In this document: in pieces, positions 49,301 to 62,774 of the stretch
How positions within the stretch are numbered: the stretch's first letter is position 1
Layout: each line of letters starts with the position of its first letter
DNA from: Takakia lepidozioides
Lineage: Eukaryota; Plantae; Bryophyta
Direction of reading: 5' to 3'
Length of the DNA: 64,000 nucleotides
Assembly: GCA_030704615.1 (NCBI GenBank)
Contig: CM060734.1
Coordinates: 41,416,001-41,480,000, forward strand
Position numbers and translations under genes: made by a program
Notes under the pieces: model-generated
Told to the model about the DNA's origin: nothing
Databases searched by the model: none
Seen by the model: the letters and a program-made list of their open reading frames with translations, nothing else

Positions 49301-52300
49301 GTCTCACCAGCAAAGTGGTCAGATAGAGAGACATTGGCAAAGGGTGTCAATCAGCTCCTCAAATTTTAAAGAGAAGGATGTTCAAGTACATCACTAGAAG
49401 CAGTTTTAAGGACCTTGTTTGTGAGTGGACTTACTCTGCACGTGAAGGACCCAAGCCCATAACCATTTCCAAAATGGCCTCACACGATCCATTTACCACA
49501 CCCACAGCCATCAGTGCTGGTGGATCATCTCCGCGTGCCTGTGACATGAATGATCATCTTATCAGCTCTTTTCCTATTGAGATTTGATTGAATCTGAAGA
49601 CCCATGTAACACGAGTGTTTGTGTCTGCGCCAGTGGTGCAAGACATTCTGGTTCCATAAGCACATTTTTAGGAATTGGACAAAAAATCTGCAAACCTTGA
49701 GACTTTGGATAATTTGAAGCAGAGAACAAGTACCTTACTTGTGATACCCTCATGATCTGAGGTTTCCCTAAACAATCGCAACCCTGTGATGCACGATTTC
49801 ATTTAGTTCTTCATTGAATTGTCATCCAGTGGATTACTTGATGCACCCTACTACAATAAGAGGATGCACACTCAGTCATGAACAACCGATTGATTGCTGG
49901 AGACATGAACACTTGAGCAGTTAGATTCAGCTAATACACACCATTCTTGCATCCAAATATTTGCCAGGGTGATGCTACAATGACATCCGGGGACACGTCT
50001 TTCGTCAATAATGATCCAGTCCAGTCTGGCACCTCTGCAAGATATAAATTACATCCGTGAAAAAAGTCAATATAAATCAATTCTGGTTTCCCAAGGACTT
50101 GAGGCACATGTCCTTCTTTCAAATGCCACCTTTGTTTCTCTGTGGACATTATAAAGAGTCTTTAATTTTTTTCTGTCATCACTGCATAGGCAAATTGAAA
50201 GAACATATAATAAGAAGACAGCATGTGAAATGAGCTCTCCAATCTCACCTTCAAACAGACACAATAAAGCAAGGCTCTGAGATGTGATGATGCCTGTAGT
50301 GGTAAAGCTCCCATGACAAGACTGGGGAAGTAATCCTTTTGACACAAGTCGCTATAACCATCCTCCCTTACCCTCTTATCCTTCGTGCTTCTTCCCCATT
50401 TTCTTAGACCTCTCTAGCCCTTTTTGACATACCCGCAAAGCTGGTGGTGGAATCTTCTCGGTGTAAGCCATCTTTGCTACCAGATGTGTCCCTCACAAGT
50501 CCGCTACCTTTTCTTCCAGAAATACTGCAATGGGATGCATCACAACTTTCTTGACATTTGCACAAATTAATGTGTCTCACTTCTTCATGCAACCACTCTC
50601 ATCAAGGATACCCATGCACCCTCCATCACTCTGTTATCTCTATCACTCACGATACAAACCTGAGGTATATGTAGGTCTAAATCCTGGTTCTAGAACACTT
50701 AACAAACTGCAGGTTGGTACCTGAAAGGCTGGTGTCTCTTTCCTCCAGAAGGAACAAAGGGCCTATCGTTCCCTGGGGGCTTTGACTGCAAATATACCAG
50801 AAACAAATGTTTGAATCAAGTTAGCACTAAGGGTCGTGAAGCATCTTGCAAAGCAGAGCTTTGGTAGACTCAACTGTCCAAAAGATGGACCCTGAAGGAA
50901 AATGAACTTACACTGTGAAGTTGACATGATGGTGGAAAGGGTAGAAGACAAAAGAAGGATAACATTGTTAAGTCCGCGGAAGGCCCAGAGGACCCAGGGG
51001 AGAGAGAGCGGTAGGAGTCAGTTTGGAAAGCATCATAGAACTATAAGTAGAACAGGCTGCTTCCGAAATCCACAAATTTGAACTGCAGAGACAAAAGATT
51101 GAGCTAATGCTGGCTACTGCCCATTCCAATGCTCTTCAGACCACCAAGCCCTGGGGAAAAGATTTACATATTCAAAATTACCCTTGGAAGTCATGTGCCT
51201 AAATGAACAGATGAGCGTCCACGCAAATTATGCATATGATGTGCAACAGCATTAGGCTGCCACTCTAACTTATCATTTTGAGAGATGCAAGGAGAGGTCT
51301 ATGTTGAAAGGGATTTAACTCGAGAGTAAACATTGTTGCCTGTGCATCTTACACTCTATACCTGCTCTGCGGCGTCCTTGAATGCTTTCATCCATTTTGC
51401 TGCATCCTCTGCACTTTTTGCTCCAAACTACCAGCAGAAATGCAAACAAAATCAGAAATACAGACCAAAGTAAGAGAATCTGGTAACAAATATGTACAAG
51501 AGTGAATCATCCTCAGACCTGAAAACCTTAGGTTATAAGATAGAGAAATCGATCTCCTGATTATCACCCCTATCATGAGCACCACTTCCCCAACTCATCG
51601 GACCATAATCCTCTGGCATCACTATTAAGAAGACAATTCTGGTCATGGACCAAATGGCTTCTGTTATGACAAAGTTAGGGGTTCTTCCTTGTGGATGCCT
51701 CACGACATCTGCCAGGTACTGGGCAACCAGCAGTTTACTCCTTACAGGATGTATAATCTATCTATACAAGTCTTCAGGCACTAGCAGCTCCAAGTGGTTC
51801 AAGTAAAATTAAGGGGAAATTTGTAGCTATTCTTGGCATGAATTTCCCAAATTTGACTTCATGACGGACATCATTTCCTGAGCAGAGCTTTAAGAGGATC
51901 AACTTATCGCTGATAAGACGAACTATTCAGCTGCTTACCTTCAGTGTGTCTTCGTGATTGTACGAGTCAAATAGTGTGAACACAAAGTATACCTGCATGC
52001 AATCAATATGAGAGAACCATCAAGCTGTGACTTCACAGCAAACAACTTTGACATCAACTTTGTCACAAGCCTCCTTCGATGTCACTTGTAATCAGGGGAT
52101 AAACACGTATAAGCATTGCTATTATATGAGTCAGACCCCAAAATACCTACCATTTGGTTTAGGTTTCCGTGGTGTCCTGACGTATTTACAAAAATGAATT
52201 GCTTCCTAGCAAGCTTCTGCTCAAATTCAAATATACTTCGATGCAAATGCTGCAAGTATAGGTACGTACACGACGATGAATACTTTCCCGCCCATGGTCA

Positions 52301-53437
52301 GATACACGTGTGTATGGATCGATAATCCCACTCTTCATCGGGGTCTGCCATCAATGAACAGAGCCATCTGATTACAAGATTCATGCTCTTCAAATTAAAA
52401 ATTGTTGCTGTGGATTCGCCATATTACGAACAACTAGAAGCTAATTGCAAATAAGATACAAGCGGATGCCAGTACTCCTTTTCCTTCCTCCCCAGTTCTA
52501 TCTGCAAGAGATTCTTCAATTCACCCGCAAATGCTCTGAAGCCACCTAAAGATAATCAGACCTATGAAAACAATAAAGGTCCTAGATCACACAACCATGT
52601 ACAACGCTGGAATGAATTCATGACATGGGCGAGTCCACAACCCTGCTTGGCTTCATGGAGAACTTTCTCCAAAGACATTGCTTTGGACTCCTACGATGAG
52701 AGGTATTTTGTCACATTTCTGTGAGCGGATTACACAAGCTGTTCTCTTGGACAACCTACTGTCATCGTCTCGGAGTCGGAAAATTTCCTACGCGACTCGA
52801 TGAGACCAGCGATAAACTAGGCTTTAGACTTCGACCTATCAAAAACCCCAATTGATCTCTTGGCTATCACCAAATGCTTGTAAGGGGATTTTTAAATCAT
52901 CCTCGACGCAGCATGGATGAGTACTCACACGGAAGCAGGATAGTCTTACATAAAGTTTCTCCTGCCTTACTCGTTCTCAAGCTGTGAACATCCAATACTA
53001 AGGCATATGTGAAACCAAAACTTGCATGCACATGAAACAAGTTTGGAGTTTAGCAGTGCGGCAAGGTGAGGAGTTTTATTGACATCAGCGTGTCTCTGAT
53101 CTCCTGGAACCAAGTTTCTAGTCGTTTCAGTGACGTTGCTATGGCGCATTACTTCCCACAAGCTATTCGGGCTTTATGTGGACATTATAATTTTCTCCTC
53201 TTCCTCTATTTGAAGTCTCAATTCTCTTTGATTAAGTTACGAGAGGATGGAAAAGTTGCAATAGAAGACAATGAGTCAAATGTATACCTGATCCCTGGTG
53301 GCGGGCTTGTCTTTATAAAAAGAGGCCCAACTTCCTGCGACCGTAAAGTAGCGCTTGCGCGGGTGAGTGATTCGAAATCTGTTTGACCGTATCAAATACA
53401 GCCACCCCTCCATCCCCTTCCCATTTTTCCTTTCCAT
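43309..53437 (-). CDS. EDR2-like PH-START-DUF1336 protein (about 22 exons)
   Basis: First exon 53437-53288 reads MERKNGKGMEGWLYLIRSNRF..RKRYF. Later exons read SGIIDPYTRVSDHGRESIHRR, FGAKSAEDAAKWM, WQIFGCKNGLRLF, PALMAVGVVNGSCEAIF, WDFCF..IDGHSDLVH, PRDLLLHRYWRREADGSY, GGYVISP, FLIRGKQYL, MQLVAADWF, FRNSRFKLIP, GSWIAKQSVGKTACLVG, LDVDIGSSSVA and ELPEHLLGTCRI. The stop is at 43311-43309. Confidence 0.93.
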
Positions 53438-53970
53438 TCTAATTTCGGGTGCAGACTAGCAAGAGGTCGGATCCTCCTGAACAAACGTGGTTCAACACTC
53501 CATTAACTACCATATATCATGAACACTAGAACACGAGAAACGACATCAACACAGGGCAGAGCTTCGCAGACAAAGTGTAGATCGTCACTTCAGAATCTAC
53601 TAACGACTCAAGAGAACCGTGCTTTATAATTAAATTAAAAAGGAATTCAAGTTCCAAGAGTTAACATTGAGCACGGAGGGAGTATACAGAGGTCGCCGAG
53701 GATCTGAGAGAGAGAAAGGAAATGGTCGAAATCAAGTCCGTGCAAAGCTCAAAGAGTAGGAGATATCTTCGGGCAAGAGAAAGAAAGAAACAAGAAAGAG
53801 AGAGCCTGGCCCTCCACAAGCAGCTCAAAAGCATGTATTGCTGAAGGGATTCTGTGAGAGTGAAATCGTGATGCAGGTATAGCTGCCAAGCATGTGTGAT
53901 GGGAGTAGTGAAGGACCTCGGCGAGAGACGAGAAGCAGCAGCACTGCAACTTTCCATTTTCGAAAGCATA

Positions 53971-54350
53971 CACGTGGTGGCCCTCACCGTCCGATTCGTC
54001 TAGCCCCAAATCCAGAGTACCATTCACCAGGACTTGGCCCGCTACGCACGTGGCTCATTTCGATTCAGCTAAGTTTCAGGAATATACTCCACGTGGAGCA
54101 ATAGAGAACCTTCGCCTGGCACGTTTTCTAGCTGACACGTGTTACCTGGAGTTCCAGGTCCATTCCAGGTCACGTTGGCCCCTCGAGAGTGGGGTTACTA
54201 CCTGCCTGAAGTTACCTCCCGCCAAAGTGGACACCCTTGTGACACCAATGAATGGTTTGACCTCTCAACCACTTCGGAGGTGGTATGTGCCCATTACCAC
54301 TGTTGGTTATCGAGCGAGGCACCGATCTCGGGAGATTTATACTAGGGTTT
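53971..54350. promoter_or_regulatory. Divergent promoter with four G-boxes and a telo-box
   Basis: CACGTG at 53971, 54047, 54090 and 54136, TAGGGTTT at 54343, and (GA)n at 54403. Confidence 0.6.
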
Positions 54351-54565
54351 TGGGTTTACGTCGACCGATTGATCGGCGTGTTGGAGCTGCACTGGTCTGG
54401 GGGGAGAGAGAGAGAGAGAGAGAGAGAGGGGTTGGATGGCAGTGTGCAGGATTGAGGCTTTATAGATTCCTCTGAGATGACCGCCTGTCGAGGGATGTGT
54501 GCCACTTTATTCAGCATCGCCCCTGTTCTGCATGCTGCCTCGGTGTCTTACAGTCGTCGGTAAGA

Positions 54566-57500
54566 ATGGTATCATTCTGTCATCTCACGGCCTTCGGCTG
54601 CATTCTTTGAACATGAGCGAGCAAGTTTAGGCCATGAATACCAGGAACGACAATGACCTAAGAGTAGATTGATGTTACTTAGCTTCCCTGTCGTAATGCC
54701 CGAAAATTGGCATGACGACAGGGCAACTCACCTACAACTCACCTATGCAGGGCTGGTATAATTTTGAATTCTTAAGAATCTAGGGTAGAGATGTAGCCTC
54801 CCTTTGCGCGTATTACTGTTTTCGGTTACTGTGTGAAAGATAGGTACAGGCCGAGTGTCAGCTCTTTGCAACCCATTCGAAAGTAGAATCTCGTTTCTAG
54901 TTTTCTTCTCGAAGCTTGACATTCTTACATGGGTTGGAGTCATCCATCTAAGATAGGTTAATGTACAGTTGATTTGGTCACAAGGTCACAAGTCCAATCG
55001 TTCCACTCTTAAACTGAAAAAAACATAAGCACCAATATACATTTATCATATACAATGAGTTAAGGCTGGGTTGGAGAGGGGGCATAATGCAATAAATTTT
55101 GTGGCAGAATTATCTGGTTGGAGCCTTCAAGCATCCATGCACCATCTCCGTTGAGTTTGCAGATGCAGAGACCCGCAAGCAGGCATGTCGAAGCCCTTTC
55201 ATTTCTCTATGCTACATTCTCATTCTCTTTGTCATCTCCTCGTTTTCTCCTATTCCCTTATTGGCTTTTGGTTCTCACCTCTACTTCTGAAGGTGCATAT
55301 ACGCAATAATCTGGGATGCAAGCATGTGTTTGACTGGAGGTACTTTTATGCTGGCAGGCAAGTGTGAAAAGGGAGAATGGGCAGCCAGAATTGGTGCCCC
55401 TTTTTCAAAGCCAAGAGAGCGTGGTTGGGGAGGTTTGGCCCCTCGCTCACCTGCAATTTCAGTAGTGCTGATGAAGAGTAATGGATAGCCCTACTTTGCC
55501 GATAAAGTGGACACAAGGTTTTCTGTTTTTTGTCAATGTATCCTAGTGAGCAGCGTGTGAGACAGCAAAGAAAAGCATACGACAGTTGTGCACCTGAATT
55601 CTGATTTTGGCTGCACAATTGCAATTTTACTGGAATGAGACTTGTTGACCACTGTGGTAGAGAGCTCATCACTTTTGTCAGCTCACACAGATGGATGAAC
55701 CAACTCTTTGTCAGTAAAAGCATGTAAGAAGTGGCCCCTCCCCACCCACCCATTACCTTTCTCTTCTCTCTACCTTGTTTCCGAGGCCAAGTGTTTGTCC
55801 TGAATTTTTGAGGATGGCATTGTAGTTATGTTCAACCTTGTGGGGTTTAGAGAGAGAGAGACAGAGACACAATGCGAACTGAAGTGAGCATAAATAAGAG
55901 CCCTTATTGGGAGTGGTGGTAACAAGTCTGTCTAATGATGCCGTGTTTCATGGATGACAACACGCAGATCCCTTGCAGGCACTGCCATCTTTCAGGGGTG
56001 GGCTTTTGTGGTTTAAGCAAGTGTCTAGCTTAGGGTCACCCAGAAGTATGTTGATCTCCCATTTAGCTGTTCAACTACTGTTGAAACGATCTAGCTCTGG
56101 AACCAACTGAAGTGAAGAGGTGTCGGATTAGCAACGCCATCAATTTGTAGTTGGATTTGAGTGCCACCCTTACTGCTATTTACTGACGAACAGATCTACG
56201 GTGTACCTTAGCTGCATTGAAACCTTGTCGCTATTAATGCAACTTGAAAAGTGCAGGTGCGCATTGATCCGCTTCCCGGAAAGAAAGTGGAGCACTTGGG
56301 CGTGAAAATTGAGCTCCTTGGTCAAATAGGTGTGCACCAGCTGTCAATCTCATTTTGTTTGCTGGTTTCAGTGTTTGCGATGTTGCTCTCTTTCCAGGGG
56401 AATCGGGCTTTCTTTTTGTCGTTTATATCATGATAATAATTGGTGTGGGATGTTTTGGTTTGCAAAATGCAGAGCTGTTTTTTGACAGAGGACATTTCTA
56501 CGATTTCACGTCTCTTGGTAAGGCAAGATCAAGACCTGTCTGGTCCTCTCTATCTCTTCCTTAAAAATCTCGAGGCTGAGCAAAATCCCAGGCCCTTTTG
56601 GGGTCTAGTTATTGAGCAAATCACACAGAACAGTTGACGTTTGTGTGAAGGGATTTCTAGAGGATATCTGGAAAACGCGGATCAATTGTTAATTTCAAAG
56701 TAAGTCATACGACCGGCCTAAGCCCTTTACAAAGGTAGTTTCCGACCCTTTGTGTTCCGCTGGGTGTGGGGTCAATGGCCACAAGGCTACGGCAAACAAT
56801 GTCTTATGAGTCTATCTTCCTACACTATCATTGGGCCTTTGCTATATTCATGGGGCTGACAGCCACGCCGCTACAGCAAGAAACGTCTATTCAGTGCATC
56901 CCTCTCTGTCTGTCTCACACTCTCTGCCCTTGTTTGTTAACGAAGTTAGGCATAAAATTTCCCTGAACTTGTTTTCAGTCTGCAACATGGGTGAGGACCT
57001 TAAGGATGATTTGAAGGGCCTAACTTTCCGATCATCCCGCAATTGAAGGCACACTACCGAAGCCCCTCATTGGCAAAACTGATGAGATGGCACGCCTCGT
57101 ATCGGAGCCCCCGGGGTCTCCCTTCTTCCTAAAGACGGTTTTTCAAAGCTCGATGGCCACTGCAAGCCAACTATACCCTTCCTCCACCCTTCCTCCTCCC
57201 TTCGACGCCGGCAGGTAGTTTGATTTAAGTTACTGCAGTCCTGATCATGATGAAGACGAGAGCAGGGAGAGTTGTAGGTCGCACGGGCAGGGCAGGTTCA
57301 TCGTGCGCCACTGCTTTGAGCAACACGAGTTATCTACAAGAGTTGATTAAGAAAACAACGGAGGTGGGCATATTGAAGGAGTCTCCCTTGTTCCTAAAGA
57401 CGGTTTCTCCACCGCTATATTCCTGGAGAGGAAGGACAATATCCTGGAGATCCATTACTGTCTCCTAGGATGTCTACAATCAGCACTATACTGAAATTTA

Positions 57501-60500
57501 AACTGAGGGCAGGAGTCTACCTTAGAACAATAATCAGATGCAGAGAAGAAAAGGAGATTGTCATGGCTGGCGGTGTGGTCGGCCTGAAGACCATATTCAT
57601 TTTCTGCTACAATTTTGGGGGTATCTCATCAGAGAGCGACCCTATTCGGGAAGGTCTAATTGCTGGGCAGCTCACACTGCAGATTGTTGCTTGTGTGAAG
57701 GGCTTTCTAGAAGAAATCTGGAAAGCCCAGACTAATTGTTTATATCAAGGTAACTCCCACTACTGCGCAAAGGTAGTGTCCATTCCCTCTTGTTGCACCC
57801 AAACTGGGCATGGGGTCTATGGCCACAAGGCTCCGGCAAACAAGGTCTTATGAGTGCCTTCTCTGCCCTTGTTTATTTTATATTGATGGGAGTAGAACTA
57901 CAGCCACATTTGTTACATCTGTTTCCAGCTTCAGAGTTAGAGCAGCAGTGCTGGAATCAACCTCCTGCTCTCTTGTGATGTCAATGCCAGCAAATAAGTC
58001 AATGCACACTTTCCTGTAACTGGCACCATGGAATTTGTTTTTTGAGTCTCGAGAACTCTTGTAGGCTGAACCCCTGTAATGAGTTTCAATGGGCTTGTAT
58101 CATGCAGGGATTCTGCACATTATAGCCCACATTCACAGGAAACATTCCGTGAGCACTGTCTGTATATGTGACTATGCTGTCCCTTTGCACTGTTCTCACT
58201 CCTTGGTATTTTAGAATACGCTGTCTTCAATATTGTGTCTGGCAGTGCGGGAGTTGGATGTGCCAGGTGAAATTTTAGAGCGCAGGAGTTACCCCTTTGA
58301 GTTCTCTTCTGTGGAAATGCCATATGAGTCATACAGTGGAGTGAACGTTCGTCTCAGGTACTGCTGCCATTCTGTGGGATGCATTTCTTGATATTTCCCT
58401 CTCCCCCCTGACCGTGGTTCTCTCTCATTACCAATTGTAGTAGGAACATTTTGTGTTTTTGCACTTTGCCCTCTCGTTGCTTTACCTGAATGAGTGGCTA
58501 GGGGTAGAAAAAGCTCTATGACGGCACTTGGAAGGAAAACAGGGTGGAGTTGGTTGTTGTATGATAATATCGTACTCTCATACCTAGTATGAATTGTGTT
58601 GCCACATCCTCTTTAGGGGCCCTTTGACAATCCCATGGTTGCACATGACTATGGTTGCCACATCATAGTGTGCACTCATGAGTAGATGTGCTCTGATAGG
58701 CCTTTTCACTTTACATTAGACAGGGTTTAGTGTGCAAATCTGTTGTCTATGAAGCAATTGCACTCTGATATTCTAATGGTGGTTTGATTCTCAAGCAGTG
58801 GCGTCTGTGCGTAAGAGATTGACTTGTTCTGTCCTGTACTAAAATTCATGTTGTTTTAATGGATGTTATAGTTTGGCCTTTGGCTCTGAGACATATCACC
58901 ACCTAACATCATGAGCTATGAGAGCACGACCCCATCACTAAGCCCATCAGACGACATCAAATGCATGTAGTCTGGAAGTTAGTACATATAGCCATGTTAC
59001 TAATCTGATCCGGTGGCCCAAATTTGGCTGCTTGCACTGGGCTTGGCCAGACTAACGGCACTATGTCTTGACAAAGCCCTTGGTGTTGCCATGATTTGTT
59101 TCTTATGTGGCTTTGAATCAAATGAAGGGTCTTCTTTCTTCTTGAGTCGCAGTTTTTGCATAACAGAAAACCCTGTAGTTCTGTGCACTGCTGACTGAGG
59201 CTTAAGTGTTTAATCTTGACGCAGATATATCTTGAAGGTGACTGTCAGTCGCAGCTATGCTTCCAACCTTATGGAGTACAAGGACTTCTGGGTAATGCTT
59301 GTAAACACAGTCATTTCTTTTGTAGTTTTTTGAGGGTGACTTAGGAACCGACAGTGACAGGGAAACAGCTCAGTGAGAGCTTGAGATAGACATGGTGGAC
59401 TCTACCCTCTCTTGTTCTGACACCGGTGTGGGGAGATCAGACCTGAAGATTGGGTGAGGTTAAAGGAAGAAAGAGGGTATGTTGTTCTAATGCTCAGAGT
59501 GTTGGGCATGGCAGGTACGAAATTTCTTACCCCACCCAGAGATCAACAACAGCATCAAGGTTGTCTTACAAACCAACTTTCTGTACTGTTGTGTTCAGAT
59601 ATGGATTCTGTCTCAATAATGTAGACACTTGTTGACCATTGCTTCTGATTGTTGACTGCACACTGATTAGTGCAGCTGTGGTTGCACTCCCACTATAGGC
59701 AACAAGGGCTGGATGGTAAGGCAGGTGTGAACTGTGAACCAGGGCTGTCAATCGAATGCAAGTCACAGTGGATGGGCAGGATAGGCACAGAGAGGAAAAG
59801 TGAGGAGTTGTCTGAGATAAAGTTTGTCTGTGGATTGCGTAGATGGAGGTTGGCATTGAGGATTGCCTGCACATTGAATTTGAGTACAGCAAAAGCAAGT
59901 AAGGGCTTTCTTCCGCGATAAGTTCTTGTCTTCGAAGTGTTCCATTCAATAATTAAAAGTGAAATTTGTCTTCTTTCTGTGAGAGAGGCACCTTAGTTCG
60001 GACTTGAAATGCCGGCATTGAGTGATGCTGGTCCCTCTTGTCCCTAATTTAAAGTTTTTGGGCATTGGATGAAAAAGGCCCTCCACATTTGCAGTAGGCT
60101 AAAGCTGGAATTAAGGGGACCCCTTTACCCTTGAACAGAGACTAGCTGGGAGGTAGGTAAGCCATATTGGTGAATGTAGTGTTCATCTTATTTGGGTGCA
60201 ACAGGTAGTCTTGTGAATGAGATGCATTTTTTGCAAAGCATTAACCAATCTTGTGATGCAAGTCTTCCTGCTTGGTGTGAGAGCTTTGAGGCAATGGCAT
60301 AAGCAGCGACTTCCCTTGGGTCTATGCTTTAAAGTGAACATCTAACTCAACGTGCTGCAGTAGTAAAAGAGATGTCTGGTGCAATTGCAACAACATGCCA
60401 CTGGTAGGGGGTGTTGCCTGTTAGTCACATTCCCTTCATGCTCCCTTTTGCTCCATGGGTCCATGGCTTAAGGCTATGGCAGCTAATGCCCTTCTTTCTG

Positions 60501-61863
60501 GCCTTGTTTTTTTCTCAGTTTGAATTTGGAGGGGGGGGGGCATCAGGGGGGCGTCCAGGGCACACGGCTAGAGCAGCGAAGTTTACTTTAGACATGGTTT
60601 TCCCTATCTCATTGGCTTAGTCAAAACAAGGGACAAGTTCTGCTGCCACAGAAATGTACAGTCTACTGTGTAAAGCCACTGTCACCATGGGTGCAGGTAC
60701 CACTTGAAGGATGCTATTGTTGGCAAAATTTACTTCTTGCTTGTGCGGATTAAAATAAAGCATATGGAGCTGGAGATTAGACGGCGGGAATCTACAGGAT
60801 CAGGACCGAACACATACAATGAGACTGAGACACTTGCCAAATATGAGATCATGGATGGTGCTCCAGTTCGTGGTGAGTAACGCTCAGATCTCTTTCCATA
60901 ATGTTGATCAGCTCACGATTACTTTCTAGGCTGCATCAGACTGGTAAGGGGTCGGTAAATGTATCGCCTGCAGCAAGTGACTCTCTGTCTCTCTCCCTTG
61001 GTGATTGTAATTGCCTGATGTGCAGGCAGCCTTAAGACAATCTGATACATGGTCCGGGATATTCTCACCAGAGAGTAGCCCTAGCCCCATTGGGCTGTAA
61101 TTGCTGGGCAGCTGACACACAGCTGGTTGATGCTTGTGTGAGGGCTTTCTAGAGGATATCTGGAACTAATTGTCACACTACCGGAGTGAGCCCCTAGTGG
61201 AACTAATTGGCCACAAGGCTACAGGAAACGTCGTCTTATGAGTACATTCTATCTCCCTTGGGGCCCCCTGTGGAAGTTGTAAAGGTTTTTCTTTCATTGT
61301 TCCTTTTTATGCTCAGGAGAGTCAGTATCCCTGAAGGGTATGTCATATCCAAAATTGCCAGGAAGTGGTTAATTGTACAGGCTCTCTCTTTCGGATCAGC
61401 CTGTCTTGCCACTTTTGCTCTGTCTGACCTGATTGTGGCGTATAGGGGCAGGAGGCAGTCTTTGGGAGTACATCCTCTCCCCCTATTTTTCGTGGTCCTG
61501 TTGGCTCTTAGTTACCAGGTCTCAACAATCAAGTTTGTGTCATCTGTTTTGGTGTTCCCTGTTGAACCCAGTTCATGCTGTCTCAATAATTGTTCGGACC
61601 CCCAGATGGTTTCTAGCTCCTTATGGGGACAGAATGTTTTCGCATTATGAAAGGAAAGTTTACTGAAGTTCTATGAATGTGACCAACATGCAGGGGAGTC
61701 AATTCCTGTCAGGTTATTTCTGACCCCCTACGATTTGAGCCCCACTTACCGCAACATCAACAACAAATTTAGCGTCAAATACTTTTTGAATCTGGTTCTG
61801 GTCGACGAGGAGGATCGCCGCTACTTCAAGCAGCAAGAAATAACTTTGTATCGAATCGAGTAG
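54566..61863 (+). CDS. VPS26: Retromer subunit VPS26; 11 coding exons
   Basis: Exons: 54566-54568 (ATG only, tentative), 55108-55182, 55358-55432, 56257-56329, 56473-56517, 58246-58357, 59225-59291, 59515-59559, 59843-59898, 60697-60872, 61694-61863. They splice in frame to MNYLVGAFK..GKKVEHLGVKIELLGQIE..MEVGIEDCLHIEFEY..MDGAPVRGESIPVRLFL..DEEDRRYFKQQEITLYR. Confidence 0.95.
56590..61260 (+). repeat. Three diverged ~250-310-bp copies of one intronic repeat in VPS26
   Basis: Copies lie at about 56590-56830, 57555-57870 and 61000-61260. They share ttgtgtg(a)aggg.tttctaga.ga.atctggaa and tggccacaaggct.c.g.aaac...gtcttatgagt. Confidence 0.8.
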
Positions 61864-62187
61864 TGTGCCCCACTACTTACTGTACTATGTGTCCATATAA
61901 GGAAGGGTGGTAGCCAGGTTTACACACTCTCATTTTGATGGTCTCCATGTTTCTCTCCCGAGTCCTCTCTCCTCACCACCAACTCCAGAAGAATTGCAGT
62001 CTACAGGGACAACAGCCTCGAGCCAATGTCACAGGGAAAATTTATACCTCTCTCTCACTCTCCTGAAACACCTCATAGATAGAGATTGTTCTAAAGTGAT
62101 TGTTTTGAATGTACATGAAGAGCTGTGCCTTTAGCCCCAACTCAATAAATTAGCTCTCTACATTTACTTCAGTAATAGATATATATA

Positions 62188-62760
62188 CTAGGACGTAATG
62201 CAACGACAACAGTACTCAGAGTCCCTACCAACAGTCACAGTCACTACTGCAAACAACATAGTCACTCCTTAATTGATCCACTTAATTGGTTGCATGTATG
62301 AAGTTTGTACTGTAGCACCTATTTGTATGCATATCCCTGGTGATAAATTTCTACTCATTGTTTGGACAGTCAATTTGAGTCAGGTTTCCCCTCTCACTAC
62401 TCTTGACATCTCCACATAAAGTTGACTGGGTGTGAAATATGGTTGCTGGAGCAAAATACCTAGGAACTTGAGCCTTATTGATGGTCATAGCGAATTCAGG
62501 AGAAGTGAGAAACTGATGGGGACGAAATGAGATTGGAGAGTCGGATTCTGTTTTAAGTAGTGATATTTGCGGACTGAGAACTTGCCTCCCTATGTCATCC
62601 CCCATGGCAATCTCATCATCAATTCCCTGACCTTGAATACCACCGGGATCAAGATTATGTAGCATAATCACTAGTCCAACTTTCAAAACCAACTTGTGAG
62701 GTGGTGATCCACCAGGCCTCAATGAGTTAAAAAAACTCTACTCTGCATTTGGGTCATCTT
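62188..62760 (-). mobile_element. Helitron remnant: PIF1-like helicase C-terminus and 3' CTAG end
   Basis: LNSLRPGGSPPHKLVLKVG..NLDP, QF..FAMTINKAQ and a degenerate QLYVAxSR block. The minus strand ends gtcgttgcattacgtcCTAG|t at 62188. Confidence 0.82.
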
Positions 62761-62774
62761 TGAGGGAACCAAAA

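Noticed and set aside
43900-57100. Hammerhead cores (CTGATGA at about 43911, 55468 and 57079)
   Set aside because: No correctly placed GAAA with pairing stems was found, and the first lies antisense within an EDR2-like exon.
43088-62134. Many 60-150 aa ORFs in the supplied track
   Set aside because: They are antisense or out-of-frame shadows of EDR2-like and VPS26 exons, or intronic chance frames.
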